Shown: one piece after another, positions 37,812-47,315 of the stretch
Numbering within the stretch: position 1 is the stretch's first letter
Layout: every line of letters starts with the position of its first letter
Assembly: GCA_048940445.1 (NCBI GenBank)
Contig: JBHLON010000001.1
Span: forward strand, 1-64,000
Length of the DNA: 64,000 bases
DNA from: Promethearchaeota archaeon
Lineage (GTDB): Archaea; Asgardarchaeota; Lokiarchaeia; Sigyniarchaeales; SOKP01
Direction: 5' to 3'
Notes under the pieces: model-generated
The model's database searches: none
Told to the model about the DNA's origin: nothing
What the model saw: the letters and a program-made list of their open reading frames with translations, nothing else
Program-made: the position numbers and the translations under genes

Positions 37812-39020
37812 TCAATCAATTTTTACATCTAGAATTAATGCAGAAGCAGCATCACCAGCTGCACACCCATCCGCTAAACCGTAACCTCCACCTTTCTCTA
37901 CTAATTCTTCAATCATTTCTATAATAATTCTCAGCATAGTAGGTGCTTGAGGGTGTCCAAATATAAGTGAGCTTCCATAATTATTCATATCTTTCCAATC
38001 CACATCCATTTCTCTAGAGAAATAGATATCATTTACAGCAAAAGGATTATGGGTTTTTATCACAGATACATCTCGTATTGAAATTTCAGCTCTTTCTAAA
38101 GCTAATTTGGCTGCAGGGACAATAGCCATAGCCATATAGCCCTTCTTGGTTTTATATTCTCCATATGATATTACTTTTATCTCAATATCTTCCCTCTTTC
38201 TTATTTTTGATGCTTTTTCTTTTGTGGTCACAATCATACCACAATTACCATCAGCTGGATGTGTTTGGGTTCCATATGTAATTGTTCCTTCTGGAAGCAC
38301 AGGTTTAAGTTTAGAGAGCCCTTCTACGGTAGTTGGGTAAATTCCTTCATCTCCATCTACTGTAGCTAAAACTTTTCGCCCTGAGCGATCTTTTACCTCA
38401 ATATGTCCCATCATATATTTTTTTTGGAATGCTTTATCATCCTTTAATGAATCTTGGTATTGTTTATAACGTAAAAATGTTACCTCATCTTGTTCCTCCT
38501 TCGTTATCCCTATTTCTTTTGCAACATTCTCACCTGTTTGAATCATTGAATTCTTTGCATAAGGATCATAACCAAAATTATCCCAAACCCAATTTTCGGA
38601 GTCTAAAGTATTCCCCGGTGCTTCTGGGTTAGGATACGCTAAATGAGGTCCATTTGAACACCTATCTGCACAAACAATAAGAGTACTTCTATTTAGTCCC
38701 GTTTCTATGCCTTGAGCCGCGATTGAAACAGAATTAGTTCCCGTAGCACAGGCTTGACTAATCATGGGTGCTGTTATATGCTCAGCTCCAATTAAACTTG
38801 TTAACCATGGTCCTCCATAGAAGCAGTTGAGTTGGGGAATGGTAATACCTAATATTATTTCATCGAATTCATTAGGTGAAATTTGGTTTTCATTCAAGAA
38901 CTTGGAGGTTAACTCTGCTGCAAACTTTATTGCATGAAGGTTTTGGAAACTTCCTTGCCATCTACAAAAAGGAGAACTCCAATATTGACCATAGGGTATA
39001 TAGGCATTTTTAAAAGGCAT
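37812..39020 (-). CDS. Thiolase (non-canonical HNPF subfamily)
   Basis: QACAT, PADG, KTHNPFA, GSSL..GHP, GCAAG. Confidence 0.9.
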   Translation of the reverse strand: MPFKNAYIPYGQYWSSPFCRWQGSFQNLHAIKFAAELTSKFLNENQISPNEFDEIILGITIPQLNCFYGGPWLTSLIGAEHITAPMISQACATGTNSVSIAAQGIETGLNRSTLIVCADRCSNGPHLAYPNPEAPGNTLDSENWVWDNFGYDPYAKNSMIQTGENVAKEIGITKEEQDEVTFLRYKQYQDSLKDDKAFQKKYMMGHIEVKDRSGRKVLATVDGDEGIYPTTVEGLSKLKPVLPEGTITYGTQTHPADGNCGMIVTTKEKASKIRKREDIEIKVISYGEYKTKKGYMAMAIVPAAKLALERAEISIRDVSVIKTHNPFAVNDIYFSREMDVDWKDMNNYGSSLIFGHPQAPTMLRIIIEMIEELVEKGGGYGLADGCAAGDAASALILDVKID

Positions 39021-39065
39021 GTTTTATTCATCTAATTTTAATTTTTTATTATTATATTAATTTAA

Positions 39066-40634
39066 TTATAGTTTGTTAAATCGTTCTCTCAATATCCGAT
39101 GAATAACCTTTCCTGAACCGGTCCTAGGCATCTCATCAGAATTGATAATAAAAACTTCTTTCGGAACCTTAAATCGCGCCAATTTAGTTTCGCAAAATGT
39201 GCGTATTTCTTTATTAAAGTCATCGGGAACTGGAAGTTCTTTATTTAAAATACAAAATGCAGTTACCTTTTCCCCCCATTTGTAGTCCTGTAATCCAATT
39301 ACAGCACATTCAATAACCAGTGGATGAGAAATGATAATTTTTTCAACTTCAGAAGGATAGACATGTTCTCCTCCCGTAATAATCATATTTGCTTTCCGAT
39401 CTACTAGATAATAAAAACCATCCTTATCCTTCTTTGCCATATCGCCCGCAGTAAAAAATTCTCCTCTAAAAGATTCTTTAGTCTTTTCTGGTAACTTATA
39501 ATATCTATCAAACATTTGAGGACCACGAGAATAAAGTTCACCTATTTCCCCTAATGGAACAGGGTTTCCATCTTCATCAAGTATTTGGATGGTATCAGTT
39601 CCAATACATTCTTTTCCAATAGAACCTAACTTATTCATTTGATCCTCGGGTCTGAGAATTGTTACTAATCCCGCTTCAGTGGAGCCATACGCTTCGAAAA
39701 GCTTTGCTTTGTTAAAGAGTTCCATTACCTCTAACTTCATTTGTTTAGTTGCTGGAGCAGAAGATGTTAATAGAGTTCGGATAGAACTAAGATCATATTT
39801 TTTCTTTACATCTTCGGGAAGACTTAATATCAAGTTATAATGAGTGGGTATCATCGATGTAAACGTTATTTTCTCCTTATCAATAATTTGTAGTACTTCC
39901 TCGGGATCAAACTTATATTCAATATGAATATAAACAGGAGCTCCTAAATAGGTAAATACAAATGAATAAAATGTGGAATTGACATGAGACAATGGCATTA
40001 AGATCATTCCATAATCTTGAGGTGTAAAAGAGAATTCTGTTTCGTTAATTAAAAAAAAAGCAATATATGAACGATGGGATCTTACAACACCCTTTGGGAC
40101 TCCAGTAGTTCCTGAAGTATAAAGAATTACCCATGTATCTTCTGGATTGACTTTAGTAGGGGGATAAGAATTAGAGCCCATTTCTATTATTTTTTCATAA
40201 AGTAACCACCCATCAGCTGGCTTATCATCGATTAATATTCGTTTCACTTTATCTAATCCTAATTCTTTAGCCCTCATCCAAATTTGTTCCGTCGCCTCCT
40301 TGAATCGTATATCTACAATCAAATAAATTGCATCAGAATTATTAATAATAAATGAAATTTCTTCAGGATGTAGGCGAAAATTTAAAGGAACGATTATGTA
40401 CCCCGCTTTTGCTGCTGCAGCATAAGTTTCCATGAATTCGATTGAATTATTTGATAATATTGCAACTTTATCACCCTTCTTTAATCCTAATTTAAAAAAA
40501 CCATTAGCAAGTCTATTTGTTCTTTCATCCAATTCCTTGAATGTTAGTTTACGTTTTATATCTTTCAATGCAAGTTTATCGGGATATTTAGCAGCATTAA
40601 CCTTAATCATTTCGCCAATATTAAGCCATGACAT
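39066..40634 (-). CDS. AMP-forming acyl-CoA ligase
   Basis: YTSGTTGVPKG, YGSTE, GD, DRK..MII.GG, PRTGSGK. Confidence 0.95.
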   Translation of the reverse strand: MSWLNIGEMIKVNAAKYPDKLALKDIKRKLTFKELDERTNRLANGFFKLGLKKGDKVAILSNNSIEFMETYAAAAKAGYIIVPLNFRLHPEEISFIINNSDAIYLIVDIRFKEATEQIWMRAKELGLDKVKRILIDDKPADGWLLYEKIIEMGSNSYPPTKVNPEDTWVILYTSGTTGVPKGVVRSHRSYIAFFLINETEFSFTPQDYGMILMPLSHVNSTFYSFVFTYLGAPVYIHIEYKFDPEEVLQIIDKEKITFTSMIPTHYNLILSLPEDVKKKYDLSSIRTLLTSSAPATKQMKLEVMELFNKAKLFEAYGSTEAGLVTILRPEDQMNKLGSIGKECIGTDTIQILDEDGNPVPLGEIGELYSRGPQMFDRYYKLPEKTKESFRGEFFTAGDMAKKDKDGFYYLVDRKANMIITGGEHVYPSEVEKIIISHPLVIECAVIGLQDYKWGEKVTAFCILNKELPVPDDFNKEIRTFCETKLARFKVPKEVFIINSDEMPRTGSGKVIHRILRERFNKL

Positions 40635-40811
40635 TTCCTTATCCTCTATAAGTTTTTATAATATCAATTGAACAATTAAATGCAATGTTTTGAAAGTATA
40701 TTTAAAATCTCTCTCGAAATGAATATTTACTCAGTATAAATGATTCCGAACGATTTCTATACATATTTTAATTTGATTGATTACATTTATTTTAAATAAT
40801 AAGTTTTTCCT

Positions 40812-40842
40812 TTTCCCATATTTATGGGAAACATCATCCGCT
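40812..40842. promoter_or_regulatory. Perfect 9-bp inverted repeat overlapping operator candidate TATGGG-N8-TCCGCT upstream of the CoA ligase
   Basis: tttcccata-tt-tatgggaaa (40812-40831); tggg-aaacatca-tccg. Confidence 0.45.
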
Positions 40843-40871
40843 TCTTAAAGTAAAAAAAAGTAAAAAAAAAA

Positions 40872-41312
40872 TTACATGATCAAGACTTGTGCCTCGCCAT
40901 CTGTCACAACTTCGTTTTTCTGGTTAAGGACTTTAGTTTCTACATCGAGAAATTGTAGTTTTCCACTTTTTCCCTCTTTAGTATATTTCTTTGTAACCGT
41001 GGCAACAGCAGTCAAAGTATCTCCAATAAAAACCGGCTTTTTAAAAATTACTTTTTGAGAAGCATAAAGAGCTCCAGGACCAAATAAGTGAACCCCAAGA
41101 ACTGCTGAAATTAGAGCTGAACTAAATGCTCCATGAACTACTCTTGTTCCGAACATTTGGGTTTTTGCAAACTCTTCATTGACGTGAAGAGGATTAAAGT
41201 CTCCACTGATTCCTGCAAATAAGGTTACATCCGCATCAGTAATAGTTTTGCTGCAAGAAGCGGAAGTTCCTTCTTCATAATCTTCAAATTTAACGATATT
41301 AGTTTTCGACAT
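40872..41312 (-). CDS. MaoC/PhaJ-like (R)-enoyl-CoA hydratase
   Basis: FAGISGDFNPLH, RVVHG, GPGALY, F.KPVFIGD. Confidence 0.93.
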   Translation of the reverse strand: MSKTNIVKFEDYEEGTSASCSKTITDADVTLFAGISGDFNPLHVNEEFAKTQMFGTRVVHGAFSSALISAVLGVHLFGPGALYASQKVIFKKPVFIGDTLTAVATVTKKYTKEGKSGKLQFLDVETKVLNQKNEVVTDGEAQVLIM

Positions 41313-41348
41313 AAATTAATTTAATGAAAAAATAGATAAAAATATTAA

Positions 41349-41597
41349 CTAATTTTCTTTTCGCTTGATATAAATAGTCCGTAAATTATTAAAATCAGCT
41401 TTAAAACATGATTGACATTCTTCTTGCTTATCCGGAGTAGCGAATTCGACACGTACTTCATAACCAATTGATTCATACAATTCTACATATTCATTTACTC
41501 TATCTTCTTCTACTGTAAACCCCCGTTCCCACTCTTTTCCTCTAAGCGAAAGATTCTCCTTTTTTTCTCGTTCAGTTTTTTCCTTTTTTGATACCAA
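41349..41597 (-). CDS. Small hypothetical protein with CxxC, divergent from the benzoyl-CoA operon
   Basis: WERGF..E.RV.E.VELYESIGYEV...CQSC...TIY. Confidence 0.7.
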   Translation of the reverse strand: MVSKKEKTEREKKENLSLRGKEWERGFTVEEDRVNEYVELYESIGYEVRVEFATPDKQEECQSCFKADFNNLRTIYIKRKEN

Positions 41598-41703
41598 AAG
41601 CTATCAGTTCCATTCTATAAATTCTTTCTTGGTTATACACTAAATATAATGATAATGTCAAGTTTAAATCTTATTCTTTTCAAATTATAACTAAATTTAT
41701 TGC

Positions 41704-41723
41704 AATGGTATTTTATTCCCACT
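41704..41723. promoter_or_regulatory. Operator candidate AATGGT-N8-CCCACT upstream of the oah-dch-had-bzd operon
   Basis: Near match to the 25414 palindrome with the same 8-bp AT-rich spacer. Confidence 0.48.
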
Positions 41724-41806
41724 TAGCATATCCTATTAACAAATTTTAAAAGAATTTGTAGAATTATCTAAGAATAGAAATAAAAATAAAAGAAATCAAG
41801 ATTGAT

Positions 41807-42775
41807 GTGAATATAATGACTTATACAAAAGAGCCAAATTTTACTCCTAAAGACCCAAAAGAATTTGATTTTAAAGAAATAATTTATGAAAAGAAAGATT
41901 GGAAAGCAATTGTTACAATTAATCGTCCAGAAGTATATAATGCTTATTCAACCCTTACATTAATGGAAATGATTGAAGCTTTTCATGATGCTGCTTGGGA
42001 TAATAAAGTTGCAGTTATTATCTTAACAGGCGCTGGTGATAAGGCTTTTTGTACTGGTGGAGATGTAAAAGAATATAGAGAAAGGTTTACTGTGAAACCT
42101 GTGGAGTATTGGAAATGGATGTGTATATTTCAAGAGGCTCATGATGTATTTCGCAATATCGGAAAACCAACTATTGCAAGAATTAATGGGATTGTAGCAG
42201 GTGGAGGTAATGAATGGCAAATGGCTTGTGATTTAGCTGTATGTGCAGATCATGCCACTATTCAGCAAGTGGGAACAAGGGTGGGATCTGTTGCATGTGG
42301 AGGAGCTACACAATGGCTACCTATCATAGTTGGTGATAGAAGGGCAAGAGAAATTCTATATCTGTGTGAACCAATTTCAGCAGAAAAGGCTTTAGAATGG
42401 GGATTAGTGAATTCAGTTGTACCCTATAACGAAATAGATAAGGAAATTGATAAATATTGTCAGAAATTAATTGATAAATTTCCAGAATGTATGAGATATA
42501 CAAAACAACAGGTTAATTTTTGGAAAGATTTGGTTTGGCATCAAACAATTGGTCATGCAAAAGATTGGCTATCAATTCACTATGCTTCATGGGAACCTCT
42601 AGAAGGTATGTCAGCTTTTGTAGAGAAACGTCCTCCAAACTATAGAGGAGTGAGGAAAAGTCCTCATCCCGAGTTTCTATGGGGGCCACCTTCTATAACC
42701 TGTCCATCTTGTAATGCTAAGAATTTACCTTCCGATTTCGAGTTTTGTGGTAAATGTGGGGCAAAATTAAAATAA
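41807..42775 (+). CDS. oah: 6-oxocyclohex-1-ene-1-carbonyl-CoA hydrolase (ring opening; Oah/BamA/BzdY-like; likely start 41816)
   Basis: Crotonase motifs DKAFCTGGD.KEY, GGGNE..MACD, GS...GGATQWLP, LCEP.SA; C-terminal Zn ribbon; operon context. Confidence 0.82.
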   Translation: MNIMTYTKEPNFTPKDPKEFDFKEIIYEKKDWKAIVTINRPEVYNAYSTLTLMEMIEAFHDAAWDNKVAVIILTGAGDKAFCTGGDVKEYRERFTVKPVEYWKWMCIFQEAHDVFRNIGKPTIARINGIVAGGGNEWQMACDLAVCADHATIQQVGTRVGSVACGGATQWLPIIVGDRRAREILYLCEPISAEKALEWGLVNSVVPYNEIDKEIDKYCQKLIDKFPECMRYTKQQVNFWKDLVWHQTIGHAKDWLSIHYASWEPLEGMSAFVEKRPPNYRGVRKSPHPEFLWGPPSITCPSCNAKNLPSDFEFCGKCGAKLK

Positions 42776-42827
42776 TATTTTTCAATAATTAAGGAAAAAC
42801 GAGCTTTAAAAGAAAATTAGAGTCATA

Positions 42828-43610
42828 GTGAGAATAGAAATTTTGAGAAATGATTTAATTATTGTTGAAAAAACTAACAATATAGGGAAAATTATATTCA
42901 ATAATGGCCCATTGAACATTTTAACAATTAATATGATGGAACAAATTAATGAAGCGTTGAAAGGTTTCATCGAAGATGAGTCATTAAAATTAGTTATTTT
43001 TGATCATAATGGGAAAGCATTTTCAGCAGGGGTTGATGTAAGTGACCATATTGGTAACAAAGCACCTCAAATGATCAAGGAGTTCCATGGAATTTTTAGA
43101 AAACTTAATAAACTTAAATGTCCTACTATAGCAAGCATTAAGGGAGCGGCTTTTGGAGGGGGGTGCGAAATTGCAGTATTTTGTGATTTAGTACTTACAT
43201 CAGATAAAGCAAAATTTGGACAACCTGAAATAAAAGTAGGAGTTTTCCCCCCCATAGCTATATTAGCTTTCCCTCATGTTATTGGAAATAAAAAAGCATT
43301 TGAACTTATCTTGTTAGGTGAAATTATTGATGCGAATGAAGCGTATAATTTGGGGATTTCAAACCAAATTTTCCCATCTGAAACATATGAACAAGAATTT
43401 ACCACATATATCAAGAAATTTGAGAATTTAAGTACTATTGTATTACGATATACAAAAAAAGCACTTAATAAAGCTTTAAAGCTCGATTTTGAGACTAAAC
43501 TAAATGAAATCGAAGAATTTTATCTTAAGGAATTAATGTGTACCAATGATGCAAATGAAGGTTTACAAGCATTCCTTGAGAAAAGATCACCCAATTGGCA
43601 AAATCGATAA
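42828..43610 (+). CDS. dch: Cyclohexa-1,5-diene-1-carbonyl-CoA hydratase (Dch/BzdW-like)
   Basis: PLNIL, FSAGVDV..H, GGGCE, GQPEIKVGVFPP, YL.ELM.T.DA.EGL.AF; context. Confidence 0.85.
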   Translation: MRIEILRNDLIIVEKTNNIGKIIFNNGPLNILTINMMEQINEALKGFIEDESLKLVIFDHNGKAFSAGVDVSDHIGNKAPQMIKEFHGIFRKLNKLKCPTIASIKGAAFGGGCEIAVFCDLVLTSDKAKFGQPEIKVGVFPPIAILAFPHVIGNKKAFELILLGEIIDANEAYNLGISNQIFPSETYEQEFTTYIKKFENLSTIVLRYTKKALNKALKLDFETKLNEIEEFYLKELMCTNDANEGLQAFLEKRSPNWQNR

Positions 43611-43678
43611 TTTTATTAAATTTAATAAGAATTATATTTAAATTGTTATAATAATACAAAAAAATGTAGGAATTTAGA

Positions 43679-44725
43679 ATGAAAGCCGCAATATTTGAAA
43701 AAGTTAAAGAACCCTTAAAATTAGATAATAATTACCCTGATCCCACTATTTCTGAGGAGCTTGGTCAAGCTATTATTGAAATAGAAGCATGCGGTGTTTG
43801 CCATACAGATTTTGGTTATTTAGAGCATGGTGTTCCAACCGTTAAACAACCACCCCTTATTTTAGGACATGAGATTTCAGGTTGTATTAAAGAAGTAAGT
43901 GAAGATGTGAAAACTTTCAATAAGGGAGATCATGTCATCATTCCAGCGGTACTTTCTTGTGGATATTGTGTCAATTGCAGAACAGGCAGAGAAAACATTT
44001 GTCTTAATCAGATAATGCTTGGAAATCATATTGATGGGGGATTTGCTCAGCAAATTAAGGTTCCTATAAAAGATGTAGTCCATCTTCCGGTTGAAATGTC
44101 ATTAGAAGAAAGTTGTATAATTTCGGATGCTGTTTCGACACCCTACCATGCTGTAAAGAATCGAGGTCAAGTAAGACCTGGAGATTGGGTTGTAGTTATA
44201 GGATGTGGAGGTATTGGATTAAATGTAGTCCAGAATATAAAAGTAGCTGGAGGATTACCCATAGCCGTTGACCTAGTTCCTAAAAAGTTAGAGATTGCTA
44301 AAAATGTTGGAGCCGTAGAAACTATTTTAGCTAAAGATAAGGATGAAAGAGAGATTGTGAGTACTATTCGAAAAATCACCGGAGGAGGGGCAGATATCGC
44401 TTTTGAAGCGATTGGAAATCCAGCAACAATGAGACAAGCATTTAATAGTTTGAGAACTGGTGGTCGTTTAGTTGCTGTGGGATATTCTCCAAAACGTTGG
44501 GATGAGTTTGATATTGGTCGTGTTATGTTTCGAGAAATGGAAATTATGGGTAGCCTTGGTTGCCGTCCAGTTGATTATCCACACATTATTGATTTGGTTA
44601 AGAACGGTTCCCTTCAGCTTAAACCTTTAATTACTCATAAGTTCCCGCTGTCAGAAATTAATGAAGCTTTTGACGTAATGCGACGAGGAGAAGGAATTAG
44701 AATCATAATTTTATGTCAAAAATAG
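43679..44725 (+). CDS. had: 6-hydroxycyclohex-1-ene-1-carbonyl-CoA dehydrogenase (Had/BzdX-like, Zn-ADH)
   Basis: CGVCHTD..Y..HGVPT...PLILGHE.SG, PAV..CG.C..C, DAV.TPY.A, GC. Confidence 0.88.
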   Translation: MKAAIFEKVKEPLKLDNNYPDPTISEELGQAIIEIEACGVCHTDFGYLEHGVPTVKQPPLILGHEISGCIKEVSEDVKTFNKGDHVIIPAVLSCGYCVNCRTGRENICLNQIMLGNHIDGGFAQQIKVPIKDVVHLPVEMSLEESCIISDAVSTPYHAVKNRGQVRPGDWVVVIGCGGIGLNVVQNIKVAGGLPIAVDLVPKKLEIAKNVGAVETILAKDKDEREIVSTIRKITGGGADIAFEAIGNPATMRQAFNSLRTGGRLVAVGYSPKRWDEFDIGRVMFREMEIMGSLGCRPVDYPHIIDLVKNGSLQLKPLITHKFPLSEINEAFDVMRRGEGIRIIILCQK

Positions 44726-44789
44726 AGATTAATAAAATTTTTAATTTAATTTTTACTTTCAAAAGTAATGTGAAATAAAGGCATGAGAA

Positions 44790-45914
44790 ATGTTTGATCA
44801 GTTTAAAGATTGGTATGAAACACGCCATGATTATGCAAAAAAATGGAAAGAACGTACTGGTGGAAAAGTAATTGGTTATTTCTGCACATATGTTCCCGAG
44901 GAAATTCTTTACGCGGCAGATATTCTACCAGTACGAATTTTAGGAAGCCATGAGCCACAAGATGTCTCTGAACCACATATATTCGCGATGTTTTGCCCTT
45001 TTTGCAGAGATTGTTTAGCACAGGGTTTAAAGGGTAGATATGATTACCTTGATGGTATTATGATTGCGCAAAGTTGTCTCCATATTAGACAAGCGTTCAC
45101 TAGTTGGGATTTACATATTCCAGTAGATTTTTCCTATTATTTACCTCACCCTATGAATGTTCAAAGTGCTCATGCAATTCCTTATTTAACAGAAGAATTA
45201 AAATTATTTAAGAAAGCAGTTGAAAAATGGACTGGTAAGGAAATTACAGATGATGACATTCGACGAGGAATTGAGACAATGAACAAGAACAGGCAACTAT
45301 TACAACAAGTATACGAATTTAGAAAAAATCCAAATCCTCCTTTAACAGGTCTTGAAGCTATGCATATGGTGGTTTCCTCACAAATAGTAGATAAGAGAGA
45401 ACATAATAAAGCATTGGAGGAACTTCTGAGAAAACTCCCTTCAAGAACTTTAGATGAACCTGGTGAACGATTAATGATTTTAGGATCTGAAAATGATGAT
45501 ACTGAATTTGTATCTATGGTAGAGGACTTAGGAGCTAGGTTTGTTATTGATGACCACTGTACTGGCACTAGATATTTTAATACTATAGTAAATACAAATG
45601 GAGATCCATTAGGTTCAATTGCTGAAAGATATGTGAAGCGTACACCATGTCCAAGTAAGGATTGGCCTCAACGCACAAGGCTTAAAAATATTCTCCAATT
45701 AGCTGAAGAGTATAATGTACAAGGAGCTATAATAATGCAAATGAAATTTTGCGACCCTCACGAACTTGATACAGTTGCAATTAAAGAAGCATTAGAGAAC
45801 GATCTTAATATTCAGACACTCTTCCTTGAATTTGACGTTACCGTACCGATTGGTCAGTTTAAAACTCGCGTTGAAGCATTTCTTGAAATAATAAGAGAAG
45901 AAGATCTTTTTTAA
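44790..45914 (+). CDS. bzdN: Benzoyl-CoA reductase, Bzd-type, subunit N
   Basis: HDYAKKWKERTGGKV.GYFCTY.PEE, MFCPFCRD.LAQGLKGRYDY, GSENDD, DHCTGTRYF, KFCDPH. Confidence 0.93.
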   Translation: MFDQFKDWYETRHDYAKKWKERTGGKVIGYFCTYVPEEILYAADILPVRILGSHEPQDVSEPHIFAMFCPFCRDCLAQGLKGRYDYLDGIMIAQSCLHIRQAFTSWDLHIPVDFSYYLPHPMNVQSAHAIPYLTEELKLFKKAVEKWTGKEITDDDIRRGIETMNKNRQLLQQVYEFRKNPNPPLTGLEAMHMVVSSQIVDKREHNKALEELLRKLPSRTLDEPGERLMILGSENDDTEFVSMVEDLGARFVIDDHCTGTRYFNTIVNTNGDPLGSIAERYVKRTPCPSKDWPQRTRLKNILQLAEEYNVQGAIIMQMKFCDPHELDTVAIKEALENDLNIQTLFLEFDVTVPIGQFKTRVEAFLEIIREEDLF

Positions 45915-45931
45915 AAAATGGAGGAATATAA

Positions 45932-47248
45932 ATGAAAGATACAAAATACCCAACAGAACCACTTAAGTGTTGGAATAAAGCTAAAATTCTTAGAGAAAAT
46001 TATTATAAAGATTTTGCTGAGGCTCATGAGAAAGGTGGAATCAGATGGGTAGGAGGAGCATGGTCTTTTGACGCTATTCCTGCTGGTTTAGGAGAGGATG
46101 TTTATTCTTTAACTGGAGAACCTTATGGTGCAACTGTAGCATTTAATGATAAATTCGCTTTAGAATGTCATGAGGCAACTGAAGCGAGAGGTTTTGCACG
46201 AGATTTATGTTCTTATATGCGTAATTATTGGGGTTCTATCCTGCTAAACAAGTATGCATGGCCTCAATTTTCGGATGAGTTCCCTAAGCCTGATTTTATT
46301 TGGCAAGACCATATTTGTTGTTCACATGCTAAGTGGTATCAGGTAGCAGGTGAACTTGAGGGAGGAATTCCTATGTTTAGTATTGATGTGTCCGTAGGAC
46401 CATATGAGGAAATAACAGAACATAAAATAAATTATATTGTTGGTCAAATGCATGATGGTATAAATTGGTTAGAAAAAGTAACTGGAAGAGATTATGATGA
46501 TGAATTATTAATTAAAGCAGTAAAGAATGAATTTCGCTCATGCCATTATTGGGCAGCAATTTGTGAACTTAATAAAGCTATACCTGCGCCATTAGATGAA
46601 AAATCAATGTATTCATTATATGTTCTTGGGACTCTTAGAAAGTCAGCTCAATGGACAGCAGATTTCTACGAAAAAGAATTATATCCAGAAGTAAAAGATC
46701 GTGTTGAAAGAGGGATTGCTGCTGTTGGAAATGAACAATGTCGTATTATGACAGATACTCAACCACCTTGGGCATTTTTAAGGATTTTCCGTTATTTAGA
46801 ACAATATGGTTGCGTTTCTGTGGGAAGCCTTTATACTTTTGGTCTTATTGGATTATGGGAAGTAAAGGATGATGGAACATGGGGGCCAAGATCTATTCCT
46901 GATATAGAATTAACTAATAGAGACGAAGCTTTACGAGCTCTGGCTGAATGGAATTTGAGTAAACCAGAATGGCAACATTTCTACCATCCAAAACTTAAAT
47001 CCGATATGATGATAAGGATTGCAAAAGAATGGAAGTTGGATGGAGTTTTTCTGCATTTTAATAGGGGATGTGAGGGTTTAAGTCTTGGAATTGCAGAAAA
47101 TCGTTTGGCTATTCAAAAGGCGGGGATTCCAACAATGCCTTTTGAAGGGAACATGGGAGATGAGAGAGAATTTGATCTTGAACGAACCATGAAGCGTGTA
47201 GATGCTTTTATGGAATCATTAGGCATCGAAAAAATGAATTTACAATAA
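45932..47248 (+). CDS. bzdO: Benzoyl-CoA reductase, Bzd-type, subunit O
   Basis: [65 protein letters not shown]. Confidence 0.95.
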   Translation: MKDTKYPTEPLKCWNKAKILRENYYKDFAEAHEKGGIRWVGGAWSFDAIPAGLGEDVYSLTGEPYGATVAFNDKFALECHEATEARGFARDLCSYMRNYWGSILLNKYAWPQFSDEFPKPDFIWQDHICCSHAKWYQVAGELEGGIPMFSIDVSVGPYEEITEHKINYIVGQMHDGINWLEKVTGRDYDDELLIKAVKNEFRSCHYWAAICELNKAIPAPLDEKSMYSLYVLGTLRKSAQWTADFYEKELYPEVKDRVERGIAAVGNEQCRIMTDTQPPWAFLRIFRYLEQYGCVSVGSLYTFGLIGLWEVKDDGTWGPRSIPDIELTNRDEALRALAEWNLSKPEWQHFYHPKLKSDMMIRIAKEWKLDGVFLHFNRGCEGLSLGIAENRLAIQKAGIPTMPFEGNMGDEREFDLERTMKRVDAFMESLGIEKMNLQ

Positions 47249-47315
47249 ATTGAATTATATTAATAGAAAAATTTATGATTAAAAATTAAATAATAGAGAT
47301 AAAATAGGGTTTTAT

